A stretch of DNA of 64,000 bases, from NCBI GenBank assembly GCA_000002445.1, contig CP000067.1, positions 1,120,001 to 1,184,000 of the forward strand, given 5' to 3'. The translations under genes and the position numbers were made by a program. The notes under the pieces are model-generated. The model was not told the DNA's origin and ran no database searches. It saw only the letters and a list, made by a program, of their open reading frames with translations. Positions within the stretch are counted from its first letter, which is position 1; each line of letters opens with the position of its first letter. Positions 41,944 through 53,024 of the stretch are shown piece by piece. This DNA comes from Trypanosoma brucei (Eukaryota).

Positions 41944-44900
41944 CTACTCTCTAGCAACTGCGTTGGCTTCACACACCTGCTGAATGCTCTTGCACATCTT
42001 TTGAGGGATCAGAGTTCCCTCCACACGCACCGTTAACAGGTGTGGCCTCATTTGCACTAACCGCAGGAGCGCTGCACCACCCACAGTAGAAATGGGATTG
42101 TTTGACAAATCCAAATGGCCCAGCGAGGCTCCACATTCCGTCAGCAAAACCTGGACAAGTTCCACCACTTCATTATTCTCCATGTTGTTGTGACTTAAGT
42201 TGAGATACTCCAATCCGCTATTCAGTCGCAGCACTTGCACGACTGGGAGTATGCCCTTTGGTCCAATATAATTCATGGACGTATCAACACGAGACACGAA
42301 AATACCGGGCTTGTCAGGAAAGTAACGCATCAACACACTGTTGGGTTTAACGCATGCGCGGCGACAGTAGGCGACATACTGTTGGCGAAGGCCCAGTAAA
42401 TTCATTTCAACAGCATCTAACTCCTCCTCCTGCCCGCGGCAGATTGGGGAGTCAAATTTAGCCGCAGGAATCAGCCGTGGAAGAAAGGAGTTATTGTGTT
42501 CCCCTCGGGACGCACCGGCCGAGCAAGAGAAGGAAAAGGAATTAAGAGGTGCTGGGTCCGACTGGGGGCCGGATAAATCGACGGAATTACCCCACGGTAT
42601 TTGCTTATTTTGTGGAGTCTTCGGCTTGTAAATGGGGTCAATTGACGTTCCCCGACTAGCAGCAACAGAAACGGCTGGAAGTAGTCCCTTCGCCTCTTCC
42701 GGCTCCTCTTCACTGCTCACGCTCGCGCGGGAATATTTGGGAATGACGTCAGTGTCCTTGAAGCACAACGTGCCACTGGTGCCTGACACCTTCTTCAATG
42801 AGGGTTGGATGATACCAAGGTCACAGGAACGCTTTTTGTCGCTACCACTGGTTACCTTAGAGGATTCTCCCCATTGCTTCTGTTCCCTCTTTTCAGCCCC
42901 CCCCACTCCTACTGCACTTTCCACGCAGGTTCCCCTATCTTCACTTCCTTTCCCCCATTTTGTCACGACAGTGTCCTGGCCCCTTTGTCCACAGAAACGA
43001 GTGGTGTTGTGGAGGGTGTCGGACGTCGCGCTCGTGTTAAGCCTTAAACCAGCACATGAGGAAGTTGTGGGGACTCCGCTAGCAAAACGCCCTGCCAACG
43101 ACACTTGCGACAATACTTTGTGGTTGAGAGGCTGCCCCAGCTGCGTCGATTCCTGGGTTCTCCGTGATGGCGTCGGTGTTTTCTCTACCGATGATGATAT
43201 CTTGGGGGACTGTGAGCGACATTCCCCTGTGCTAAGTGTTGGTGGGGCACCTGGCGATGTACTCAGGGTGTTTGGAGCCCCAAACTCTGACGTCTTTTGC
43301 TTAGAATCACTCAATGCAGAATCGCAACCGTTGGCCACCGGTCGGCGCGCTGCCGTCGTTTCCCCCAGACGCATACTCTTATCCATCGAGTTTCCCGTTG
43401 TTGCATCAAAGTGGGCCGTTTTGGCGGTTTTGAGCTGCTCTCCTCCCTTCAGTTCCCCAGGGTCGTGAGACGCCTCGCACGCAAGCGAGTCTACAGAAAA
43501 AATCAGGCTTTCTTGCCTGACTATCGGCAACGGTGCGCTCGAAGGTTGTCTTTTATTATTCACCGCAGCCGGGGCTGCAGTACCGCTCTTCACTGAACTA
43601 GGGGGGTGTAGATGTGAACGATGTACCTCTTCACAAATAAGCCTTTTACCTTCAAGAGCCCTTCTTTCCAACAATACAGTTTCTCCCGCGCACGTAAAGT
43701 GTTTCTGAGAAGCGTTTCCTTCCGTTAGTTTGTTGAGCTCCGTGCATAACTGCGTGGAACTGGAACACGGTATTCCAGGGGAAGGGGTTGAATGCCAGGG
43801 AGGCAGTAATTCCCTTCCTTGGGCTATAGAGGTGGTGTTCGAGCTGGCCTTATCCCTATTTACGCAAATGCCCGGTGTACATGGCGTTGGGGGATGTTCC
43901 TGCACATGAACATTGCGGACGAAGCGGCCTGGCGGTGCAGTCTCTCCTGACTTTCCATTTAATGAAGAAGGCGGCAGCGGTGGGGGCAGGTTCGGCATCC
44001 CCACCCGTTCTGTGAGCTTGGATGTATCTAGGCAAGGGGTTGGTGTGCCGCTTCTGCGGTATCGGTCACCTGATGGCGTTTCAGACCCTTGCGACGTCTC
44101 CTGTTGGTCCCAGTCACCAGCCAGTTCGTTACGAGGAGCACCGCATCCAATCTTCTGTGGAAGACCAAGCATGTATCCCTTGTGACGCTCAACAGGCACA
44201 ACATAGGGTGAACTCTTAGCTAACATTTCAGCGCGAGCGCGTAGGCATTGCTCGATGCTCCTAACGAAGCCTCTTTCCCTTTGAGAAGAACGGTAAAGAG
44301 CCTCGAGCCACTGAAACTCGTTGTCCACATTCAGAACCTGAAGGTTCCCTAGGAGCACACCGCAAACACGACTCTCCAGAAAGGGAAAGCGCGAGAGCAT
44401 GCCGAGGGTCATCGCAGCCAACTCCTCCGCAAGCAGTTTAACCACAGAGCTAACAGACTCCTCGACAACTGCGACCTCCCTGCGGTCGCCCACCGCGGCA
44501 TTTTCACGTACTGCTTGTAGCCGGCTTATAAGGGTTTCCAGTCGTGGGTCTGATACGTCGATATCTTCGATAAAGACACCTTCGCATGGCATGTCATGCA
44601 GGGACGGCATCAGCTTCTTGAAAGCCTGAACACGGTCTTCTGATGTCTTAATAGCACTCAGATTAAAGGGATGTAGCTCCTGTTCACACTTTAACTCCCC
44701 GTAGGTGGCGTCACTTGATATATGTACACCAACCTCCGGCACTTTGCGACCCATTTGCGCTGCACAAATAGAGACTTCATTGACAGCTGATGGCAATTCC
44801 TCAAACACACCAGAACCTGCTTCGTTGCTAATTGTACCCACGTACCGGGTGGTCTGTTTCCCTACATCCGTGTCGGTTAATGCGTGACCTTTGTTCCAGA

Positions 44901-47178
44901 AAGGCTTCACGAGCGTTGAAGACATAGCGTTGCTGTCACTTTTCCGTGAGACTGCGATCTTTTGCTTGTTGATGAGGGAACAAAACGTCTCCCCTGACGA
45001 AACGGGACGCGCTGTCGCATTGCTTCGGTGCGACGAGAGCGTGCAATCAATGCTAGATGTAGGGCATGGTACTCGTCGGTGACCAATACTTGTGTCGACA
45101 ACCCCTTCTGCCGTGTTATTTCCTCCGGATGACCCCACTGCTGCGGGAGTGCCATCGGCAACACCAACCGCCACCGCTACCTGCTTGTCGCACTGTTGTT
45201 CACTTGTGATTCTCTCACGACGCTCAGTGAGTTCCTGCGGCAGTGCAGACGACGTGCCCTCTTCACAGATCGACCTCCTCTTCCCGTCGCTTGGTTGGCG
45301 CTGTTTTACACCATGTGCGCAGACCGTCGCGGAATGCGGAGGTGGCAATTCTTTGTTCCTCAGCTTCGCCTCCTCCAAATCTATTGACAAACGGACCACA
45401 CACTGCAAACTGTTACTGTCCCTCAAAGAAGTTACAGCTTCGGCTACGATTTGCTCGCTTTCGGCATTCACAATGTGTGGCATGGCAACTGGGCCGGCGG
45501 TGGGCTCAGAGAGAGGCGCTACAGCAGCTGCTTTGTCGGTAAAGTCTCTAGTAGTCAAGCGTTGCCTTTTCTGCAGCACCGTTAACTCACTACGCACACG
45601 ATTTTCGTCTTGCCTTTGATCATCGATAAAACGTGAGACGCTGGCCCATGGATCTGGCACTCCGTCATACTTCCCCGGATCCTTTCGTCGTCGGCAAAAA
45701 GCTTCCATAAGCACATTGTGGAAGTACGAAGAAGGATCCATGTCAGTTTTTTCTCTTAATGCTTTCATACGTGCCGCCGTTATCGTCTCCCCACCGAGTG
45801 CATCGGTGCCTTCAGACTCATTTTTGAGATTCTTGAGGGCAGCTTCCACCTTCTCTGTAACAACCTGAGAAAGATAATCTCTGCATATCATGAGTGCACC
45901 TGGGCCAACAGACAGTACAGGATGTTCTAAAGAAGTTCGCATTCCTTTGCGCACCTCCTCCAACTGCTGGTAGGTCATCTGATGGAATTCACTCCCACTG
46001 GAAAAGTAAAAACTATACAATTCTGTCAGGTCCTGCAGTGAATCCTGGAGCTCACTACATCTCTGGCCTATTGCAAAGTGAATCGCATCCCACATTCGCT
46101 TTACTTTGAATTCATCCAACAGCCTGTTGCGTAGTGTGGCCCGCCGCGTCCATGATGCGCTGGGCACCTGTCGCTTGATTATATGATTAAGGTCAAGCTC
46201 CGGAACAACACTCCAAATGAGCTCTTTCTTTACCCGATCCATTAGGCGCTCCTGGACCTCTGAGGCTGCCGGGCTCAGTGAAACGCTGCGGTTACCATAT
46301 TGCCAGAATGCCTTCAGTGTGAAAATCGGATGACCCGCGAATACACCACCTCCAACGAAACACTGATGTACACTCCACAAAATAAACTCCACAACATCTG
46401 TCACCACAGCATCAAAGGCACTCTCTACCATAAATACCAATTCCGCCCACAGCGAATCGCATCCTTCGCCACTATAATCGTCAATCACGCGCCCAAAGCG
46501 TCCATCACCGAGACCGTTTAGAGCTGACACCAAATCTTTCTGCACTTCACCCACAACATCGCCGACGCGCTGCAGCGCCGCAGCCATAGACGCGTCCCAT
46601 TGTTCAAAAGAAGGAGGTAAAGTGCATGCCCCTTTCAATCTGCCTCCCTTTCCCGCACCTATCTCCTTGTTGAAGAAGAAGTTTATCCATTCCCACGAAG
46701 CAGTACCACCGTGGGTCTTACTTCCACACCTTGTTCCTACAAACTTCGCAACATCCGGGCCACCTTCTTCGGTCACCGATGACAACGGCATCTTGCTCAT
46801 GTTAGCCGTGCATAACTTGCCGTCGCTCCCGGACAACATGGCACAAACGGGCAGCACCTTGCAGACACCTACAAGCGAGCCAACAACAGATTCCCTCATA
46901 AAAAGAACAAAATCGTCAGAGACCTTAATACACTCAGCATTGGAGCGATCTTCAAAAACAGGATAAAGAAAGCGCCTCACGATTGCTGAATAGATTTCTT
47001 GCTCTCTACACCTTATCCATTTCACTACCTCCACGTCCTCCTGCTCCAACTTAGAACACAACTCCTCAGCAACAAAACCACGCAACCGCTGTCTTAATTC
47101 GTAGAAGTGACACCAGCCCTTCAATTCCAGCAGCGCACACACCGGACTCATCATGAAACACGACAACGCAACTAGCAA
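41944..47178 (-). CDS. Large hypothetical protein with C-terminal leucine-rich repeats
   Basis: 1744-aa uninterrupted ORF. The C-terminus has LRR-like units (GILPVVQVLRLNSGLEYLNLSHNNMENNEVVELVQVLLTECGASLGHLDLSNNPISTVGGAALLRL). The central ~700 aa are Ser/Pro/Thr-rich and probably disordered. Same strand as neighbours. Confidence 0.55.
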   Translation of the reverse strand: MLVALSCFMMSPVCALLELKGWCHFYELRQRLRGFVAEELCSKLEQEDVEVVKWIRCREQEIYSAIVRRFLYPVFEDRSNAECIKVSDDFVLFMRESVVGSLVGVCKVLPVCAMLSGSDGKLCTANMSKMPLSSVTEEGGPDVAKFVGTRCGSKTHGGTASWEWINFFFNKEIGAGKGGRLKGACTLPPSFEQWDASMAAALQRVGDVVGEVQKDLVSALNGLGDGRFGRVIDDYSGEGCDSLWAELVFMVESAFDAVVTDVVEFILWSVHQCFVGGGVFAGHPIFTLKAFWQYGNRSVSLSPAASEVQERLMDRVKKELIWSVVPELDLNHIIKRQVPSASWTRRATLRNRLLDEFKVKRMWDAIHFAIGQRCSELQDSLQDLTELYSFYFSSGSEFHQMTYQQLEEVRKGMRTSLEHPVLSVGPGALMICRDYLSQVVTEKVEAALKNLKNESEGTDALGGETITAARMKALREKTDMDPSSYFHNVLMEAFCRRRKDPGKYDGVPDPWASVSRFIDDQRQDENRVRSELTVLQKRQRLTTRDFTDKAAAVAPLSEPTAGPVAMPHIVNAESEQIVAEAVTSLRDSNSLQCVVRLSIDLEEAKLRNKELPPPHSATVCAHGVKQRQPSDGKRRSICEEGTSSALPQELTERRERITSEQQCDKQVAVAVGVADGTPAAVGSSGGNNTAEGVVDTSIGHRRVPCPTSSIDCTLSSHRSNATARPVSSGETFCSLINKQKIAVSRKSDSNAMSSTLVKPFWNKGHALTDTDVGKQTTRYVGTISNEAGSGVFEELPSAVNEVSICAAQMGRKVPEVGVHISSDATYGELKCEQELHPFNLSAIKTSEDRVQAFKKLMPSLHDMPCEGVFIEDIDVSDPRLETLISRLQAVRENAAVGDRREVAVVEESVSSVVKLLAEELAAMTLGMLSRFPFLESRVCGVLLGNLQVLNVDNEFQWLEALYRSSQRERGFVRSIEQCLRARAEMLAKSSPYVVPVERHKGYMLGLPQKIGCGAPRNELAGDWDQQETSQGSETPSGDRYRRSGTPTPCLDTSKLTERVGMPNLPPPLPPSSLNGKSGETAPPGRFVRNVHVQEHPPTPCTPGICVNRDKASSNTTSIAQGRELLPPWHSTPSPGIPCSSSTQLCTELNKLTEGNASQKHFTCAGETVLLERRALEGKRLICEEVHRSHLHPPSSVKSGTAAPAAVNNKRQPSSAPLPIVRQESLIFSVDSLACEASHDPGELKGGEQLKTAKTAHFDATTGNSMDKSMRLGETTAARRPVANGCDSALSDSKQKTSEFGAPNTLSTSPGAPPTLSTGECRSQSPKISSSVEKTPTPSRRTQESTQLGQPLNHKVLSQVSLAGRFASGVPTTSSCAGLRLNTSATSDTLHNTTRFCGQRGQDTVVTKWGKGSEDRGTCVESAVGVGGAEKREQKQWGESSKVTSGSDKKRSCDLGIIQPSLKKVSGTSGTLCFKDTDVIPKYSRASVSSEEEPEEAKGLLPAVSVAASRGTSIDPIYKPKTPQNKQIPWGNSVDLSGPQSDPAPLNSFSFSCSAGASRGEHNNSFLPRLIPAAKFDSPICRGQEEELDAVEMNLLGLRQQYVAYCRRACVKPNSVLMRYFPDKPGIFVSRVDTSMNYIGPKGILPVVQVLRLNSGLEYLNLSHNNMENNEVVELVQVLLTECGASLGHLDLSNNPISTVGGAALLRLVQMRPHLLTVRVEGTLIPQKMCKSIQQVCEANAVARE

Positions 47179-48173
47179 AAGGAAAATACCTGATCATCAA
47201 AAAAAGGAAGGGGGAAAATGAGAAGACAAAAAAGACAATTTCCAACCATTCAGACACATAATCAAAACTGCCTCCATCGCCTCTCCACACACATCATCAT
47301 TCATGTATCCGATACAAAAACATAAAACATCACTAGGCACAAGAGTAAATGTGTAAATAGAGCATTATAATATCATAGACTGGATGCCAGTAACAAAAAC
47401 AAAGCACACTAGCAGTCACAGTTAACATTCAACTGGCAACAGCATGGCAGACATTGTTCAGTTTCATATTCCTTGGTTGTCTAAAGGTAAAATAGAAAGA
47501 ATGGGTCTGAGGGAATATGAGGAAAGTTACAATAAGCATATGGAAACATGCAGGAAGCTATGCACAGGTATTAGATGTTGTAAATAGTTGTCGGCAGCAG
47601 TTTCATTTGAGAAGTACCTCTCACAAGCCAAAATCTCCAAAGGAGAAATGTAAAAAGGGATTGAAGCAAACACGGAAAATAAACACCAGATGATAGTTTT
47701 ACTTCATGGCAACCCCCACTTCACGGGTTTCACCTTCTTATCGTACACATCTTTAGGTGTATGAACACAACTGATAACAACACTTTAAGGATAGAGAAAG
47801 TCACATAGCAACCCAAACAAAATTAATTAATAAAATCGATTGAAAACTTAACACTGAAAAAAAAAAGATAATAAAAAACTGTAAAAACATATGTGTTTCC
47901 ATCCAATTCCACACCAAAAACAAGAAGATTTGCGATCTTCAAACACAGTTCTCAAAAGGAGAGTACCCATGTCAGAAATGGAAAGCGTCTTTATCTACAG
48001 AGATATTTTAAGCACCCACCATATGAGGAGATTATTGCGTACACAAAAAAGAAAAAAATTAATGGCCACTTTATACAAAATAAATCTAAAGAAAAGATTG
48101 CACACATGATGTAAAATAACTTATTCATTCACTTCAATAGCAAAGCGCACATATAGCAATGTTACGGGGAATA

Positions 48174-51100
48174 TTAGCTGGCAGCGCTAACATTATCCAA
48201 GTCAATCAATTGCACGCCGCTACAATCACCTTCACCGCAGAAGGAATTGGAGGATGAAGAAAGCATTATAGCAGCTGCAACCCCCCCGAGTGAGAAGAAA
48301 CTTCCGCCCCTTTCAAAGGAAGGCACACTACCAGAGGTATTTCTCGTTCCAAAATCCATAACACAACCCACCTTCGCAGCAATCCGACGAGTGACACAGC
48401 GGCAACTGGCTTCATTCCAAGCATCCATACCTGGGGGTTTCTTAACACGCCAACGCTCACAAAAAGTTGCAAGCATCTTCTGTCGCTGGGTAGCAGGGAA
48501 TGTGCCAAGCAGAGCATCAATACAACCAGCAACTTGTTGGGCAGTGGCAGTTAAACCACGTTCAGGAGATCCCGACCCACTGGTGATACTACCAGTTACA
48601 TTATCTTCTTCCTCCTCAAATTCACGGTCAAGGCGCAGAGCAGCAAAGGTACGGCCAGGTACAGCATTCAACTGGTACATTTCCACAGGCTTCGGCACAC
48701 CACGTAGCGGCACATCACCCAAAGGCGTTACATTAAGTTGCTCACGCTCTTCACCACTCAGTGACAGGTATGTTGAGCGCGTCATCAGCACCTGACCACC
48801 GTTACCAACACTCTCCGTGCGTGCTGCCATGTTGGATGTGCGTCCATAATAGTCGTAACCTTTCGTTACTTCATCATGACGAATATCACACAATCCAGTA
48901 TGAATCCCCACACGTACACGCAACCCATTCCACAGTTGCCGATAAACCTCAGGGTCCAGGCTCGCAGTTGGTGGTGTGTAATCACTGTCATCTTCCGCAC
49001 GCTTTCGTTCGAATTCACGGTAAGACTCATCAAGCTCAGTGGTCTTCCAGTCATGGTTTAGAAAATCACGTTGCAAGTCACATGCGAGTTGTGCAGCAGC
49101 GAAGGGACTTTTACACGCAATCATAAAAGAGTCTCCAACAGTTTTCACTTCGTAGCACTCATACCGTGTGATGAGGGAGCGGATCAAACGGTGATGTGTT
49201 GCCACAAGGTCAGGCATTTGCTCAGGGTGTGCTGCCCACTGCGCTGTACTGCTCTCGATGTCAGTGAATATTAATGTTACGGGGTCTGTTGGTTCCTTGG
49301 GAGCATTATTATTGTCACGGGCGTTCCGGCGTGATGCCGATACAAGTACCAGAACCGTAACAAACAGTGCCAATACAACAACGCAGCTGACTGCAATAGC
49401 AGCAATGTGTCCTCTCTTAAGTCGAAACCCTTCTGTGTCACCGTATTTCATCGAGGGTGTGACGTGAGTCACCACAGGAGACACGGAAGGATTCAGAACA
49501 CGTGACATCGACCATACAGAAATATGCGTCGCACCATAGTTCACAGCACAGTGTTTCTCTTCAAATGAAGCCCCGTTAGTACACTTGTCATCAAAAGGAC
49601 CATATCGCATATCATCAACTGTAATGACAGATTGGCTGAAGATGGCGTCTACAAGTTCCTCCGGCGTTACATGTCCCATACGTTGCAGGATATTTATCAT
49701 TGCACGTGCGGTGACATATCCAAGTAATGACAATGGCTTCCACTTCGACTCATCTCGTACAACTCTGTGGAACTCACGTACCATATCGGATTTTGTGTTC
49801 TTATCTCCCCAATGTGGCAGATTCGTTGCGAATAGCAGACGGTCAGCAAATGGCTTGTCACGGAAGGCACTCACAAGTTCATCATAGAGTAACGCAACAT
49901 CAAAGAACGGGACAAAGATACGCACATTATGGTGTTTGCCAAGGTGAGAGAGGATTATGGGGATATCATCTGAGATGAGACCTGCAACTAATACCTCACC
50001 TGCAGTCGGTAGCTTGTCTCTCAAAGTAGAACCTTCACCACTCGCAACAAAGGAGCTTAATGACGATTCAAAGAAGTCAAGTGTTTTTTGCAACACTTTC
50101 CTAACTCCTCTCGTATCACCACTACGCACAATGGCATGCATCTTTCCAGCACCATTTTGTATGATATGCTCAACTATCACGAATAGTTGTTGCTCAAGTG
50201 TTGGTGACAGGTGGATCACATTCCTTCTGGGGTTACTCAGTTGTGGTGTGAGTGTTATGGGATCGATGAATGCCATACCCTTCGTCGACAGTAACGAATC
50301 ATCCACAACACCAAACACAGCAGTTACAACTCGCTTCTCCACTTCATCATACAGAGCTGTAGAAGTGTCATGAGATTTCGAGGATAGCCAGTGTAAAAAG
50401 AATCTATCAGAGTGACCAAGTTGACCCTTTCCAACAACATAAAAGGCACCATCGTATATTGCCTCTGCAGTACGCAGTGCCTTTGGGTCATCAGTTAGTT
50501 TAAACATGATGCCACTCAATGGGGCGTACAGCTGTGACAGGTCTCTATAGCAGCGAGATGAAGTAAGAGCTAATACACCTTCCTTCATAGGGTACAGACG
50601 GAGATCCTTTCCCATCTTCTTCATGTACACCACATTCCCACCCTGATTACATAAACATGATGCACCCCGCTCACCCGCCATACCACGGCACTCACCACCA
50701 AAGTCACCAACAACAATATCATCAATTACATAACGACGTTGATTGTAAAGTGATGTAATAAATGCATCCCTGCTAGTTAGCCATTCGCGACAACTCAGTG
50801 CTTGTTTCAATACCTCTCCAGCAATCCATCCGTCAACCATCAGCTCAGCTTCAGTGTCTTGCTCGGTGAAGTTGCTTTCGTCAACATTTAGGTTAACATT
50901 CCATTGTCCAGTGCCACTCAGAATATCTTTCTTTTCCTTCAGGTACTTTGCCATATCACCCTTGAATCGTTTGATTGCATCATAGCCATCATCCTTCGCA
51001 AGTGGATTAGTCCCAGTTATTATTATCTTATCAGGCACAAACCTGTCTCTACCCAATTCCTTTTCCCACTTATTCTCAATGACATATTGGAGTGTAGAGG

Positions 51101-51908
51101 GTATGAGCAAATATCCACCTTTTGTCCTTTCATCTTCTAATGATTTCATTAGGAATTTCTTCGTATCATTGATTGGAGAGCCAAATACAATCACACCCTG
51201 AGGTCGAGTATTTGCAAACTTATTCCACTCCGCACTGAAGCTACTGTCATCCGATTCCTTACCAATTTGACTCTTCAATGCAAAAACACCGCACAGTTTG
51301 CGATCCATCCGTGTTGTCAATTCCACAGCAAGCTCATATTCATCATCACCATAAGAAACATCTTTCAAGTACATGAAACCCAGCCGATGTAACCGTAACT
51401 GAGTGATAGCATAACGGAGAAGAGCAAGCATCTCAGCAGCGGGTGATGCTGTCAGGAAGTACAGATTAGGATTCCAACTGCGTACCTTACTGGATCCTGT
51501 GAGGGGTGAGAAACTAATCACATTCTTTTCTTTGAAATATTTCAAGAGACCTAGAGTGTTTTTATCACCCACAGGTCCCAGTATAACAGGGAGTTCCTTA
51601 CCATCATGGGTTGTCATGTGTTTCCCGAGATAGTCAGCATATTTAGAATCATCCATGGGGGGAACATATACCACTTCCACATTAGCACCCGACGGCGTGT
51701 TTCCGTTGGTAATGGATGCGTTGAAGCCTGCAGTAATAGGATCATATATCTTTGCTGAAATCTTGTTACTGTATAACATGTTGTATACCTTCACCTGTAT
51801 TTTATCATTTGCAAGTGATGATGCAGTCAGCACCTGTAGTAACAGAGAAAACACTAGGTAAGTGAATGCACCATCTCTAACATACAATTCACGCATGAAG
51901 GTAACCAT
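48174..51908 (-). CDS. GRESAG4: Receptor-type adenylate cyclase (GRESAG4-like), array copy 1, intact
   Basis: 1244 aa. Signal peptide MVTFMRELYVRDGAFTYLVFSLLLQVLTASSLA. A large extracellular domain, then a single TM IAAIAVSCVVVLALFVTVLVLV. Cytosolic class III cyclase catalytic domain (VTLIFTDIESSTAQW...YEVKTVGDSFMIACKSP...GIHTGLCDIRHDEVTKGYDYYGRTSNMAARTESVGNGGQVLMT). This architecture is characteristic of trypanosome ESAG4/GRESAG4 cyclases. There are no expression-site neighbours, so a chromosome-internal GRESAG4-type copy is more likely than ESAG4. Confidence 0.9.
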   Translation of the reverse strand: MVTFMRELYVRDGAFTYLVFSLLLQVLTASSLANDKIQVKVYNMLYSNKISAKIYDPITAGFNASITNGNTPSGANVEVVYVPPMDDSKYADYLGKHMTTHDGKELPVILGPVGDKNTLGLLKYFKEKNVISFSPLTGSSKVRSWNPNLYFLTASPAAEMLALLRYAITQLRLHRLGFMYLKDVSYGDDEYELAVELTTRMDRKLCGVFALKSQIGKESDDSSFSAEWNKFANTRPQGVIVFGSPINDTKKFLMKSLEDERTKGGYLLIPSTLQYVIENKWEKELGRDRFVPDKIIITGTNPLAKDDGYDAIKRFKGDMAKYLKEKKDILSGTGQWNVNLNVDESNFTEQDTEAELMVDGWIAGEVLKQALSCREWLTSRDAFITSLYNQRRYVIDDIVVGDFGGECRGMAGERGASCLCNQGGNVVYMKKMGKDLRLYPMKEGVLALTSSRCYRDLSQLYAPLSGIMFKLTDDPKALRTAEAIYDGAFYVVGKGQLGHSDRFFLHWLSSKSHDTSTALYDEVEKRVVTAVFGVVDDSLLSTKGMAFIDPITLTPQLSNPRRNVIHLSPTLEQQLFVIVEHIIQNGAGKMHAIVRSGDTRGVRKVLQKTLDFFESSLSSFVASGEGSTLRDKLPTAGEVLVAGLISDDIPIILSHLGKHHNVRIFVPFFDVALLYDELVSAFRDKPFADRLLFATNLPHWGDKNTKSDMVREFHRVVRDESKWKPLSLLGYVTARAMINILQRMGHVTPEELVDAIFSQSVITVDDMRYGPFDDKCTNGASFEEKHCAVNYGATHISVWSMSRVLNPSVSPVVTHVTPSMKYGDTEGFRLKRGHIAAIAVSCVVVLALFVTVLVLVSASRRNARDNNNAPKEPTDPVTLIFTDIESSTAQWAAHPEQMPDLVATHHRLIRSLITRYECYEVKTVGDSFMIACKSPFAAAQLACDLQRDFLNHDWKTTELDESYREFERKRAEDDSDYTPPTASLDPEVYRQLWNGLRVRVGIHTGLCDIRHDEVTKGYDYYGRTSNMAARTESVGNGGQVLMTRSTYLSLSGEEREQLNVTPLGDVPLRGVPKPVEMYQLNAVPGRTFAALRLDREFEEEEDNVTGSITSGSGSPERGLTATAQQVAGCIDALLGTFPATQRQKMLATFCERWRVKKPPGMDAWNEASCRCVTRRIAAKVGCVMDFGTRNTSGSVPSFERGGSFFSLGGVAAAIMLSSSSNSFCGEGDCSGVQLIDLDNVSAAS

Positions 51909-51929
51909 GATACTGGTAACTCAACGTAA

Positions 51930-51995
51930 TCCAACGTGAAAACTACAAGACAAAAAGGGAATAATAACAAAGTATTGGTACAGGATTAAGAGACT
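51930..51995 (-). promoter_or_regulatory. Probable polypyrimidine tract / trans-splice acceptor region upstream of AC copy 1; equivalent blocks lie upstream of copies 2 and 3
   Basis: The plus strand here is purine-rich (caagacaaaaagggaataataacaaag), so the minus-strand pre-mRNA is pyrimidine-rich. It begins only ~20 nt upstream of the 51908 start codon; the AG dinucleotide between them was not resolved. The same sequence recurs at ~56790-56830 and ~61640-61680. Inferred from general trypanosomatid mRNA processing. Confidence 0.35.
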
Positions 51996-53024
51996 GCATA
52001 TGTACAGATATGTTGGATTGTGACACAATAAGAGTCCATATGATAATTGTATATAAGAGTGTAGGAAAGGGAACTATTATGATGGATAGCGTTATATAAA
52101 CCATAACAGTGAGAAAGTAATTCAACATACATTCCCCTATACACACATCATTCATGTATCCGATACAAAAACGTAAAACATCACTAGGCACAAGAGTAAA
52201 TGTGTAAATAGAGCATTATAATATCATAGACTGGATGCCAGTAACAAAAACAAAGCACACTAGCAGTCACAGTTAACATTCAACTGGCAACAGCATGGCA
52301 GACATTGTTCAGTTTCATATTCCTTGGTTGTCTAAAGGTAAAATAGAAAGAATGGGTCTGAGGGAATATGAGGAAAGTTACAATAAGCATATGAAAACAT
52401 GCAGGAAGCTATGCACAGGTATTAGATGTTGCAAATAGTTGTCGGCAGCAGTTTCATTTGAGAGATACCTCTCACAAGCCAAAATCTCCAAAGGAGAAAT
52501 GTAAAAAGGGATTGAAGCAAACACGGAAAATAAACACCAGATGATAGTTTTACTTCATGGCAACCCCCACTTCACGGGTTTCACCTTCTTATCGTACACA
52601 TCTTTAGGTGTATGAACACAACTGATAACAACACATTAGAGGTAGAACCTCACTTGACCACAGCACACACAAACGGCAATTTAAGCTTATTTAACTAATA
52701 AATGTATTATTTAAAAGAGTGAGATAATCAAAAGTGGTATGGGTGCTCACATCCAATTCCACACCAAAAACAAGAAGATTTGCGATCTTCAAACACAGCT
52801 ATCAAAAGGAGAGTACCCATGTCAGAAATAGAAAGCGTCTTTATCACAAAGATATTTAAATCACCCACCATATGAGGAGATTCTTGTATTTACAAAAGTA
52901 AAAAAAAAATTAATGGCCACTTTATACAAAATAAATCTAAAGAAAAGATTGCACACATGATGTAAAACAACTTATTCATTCACTTCAATAGCAAAGCGCA
53001 CATACAGCAATGTTACGGGGAATA

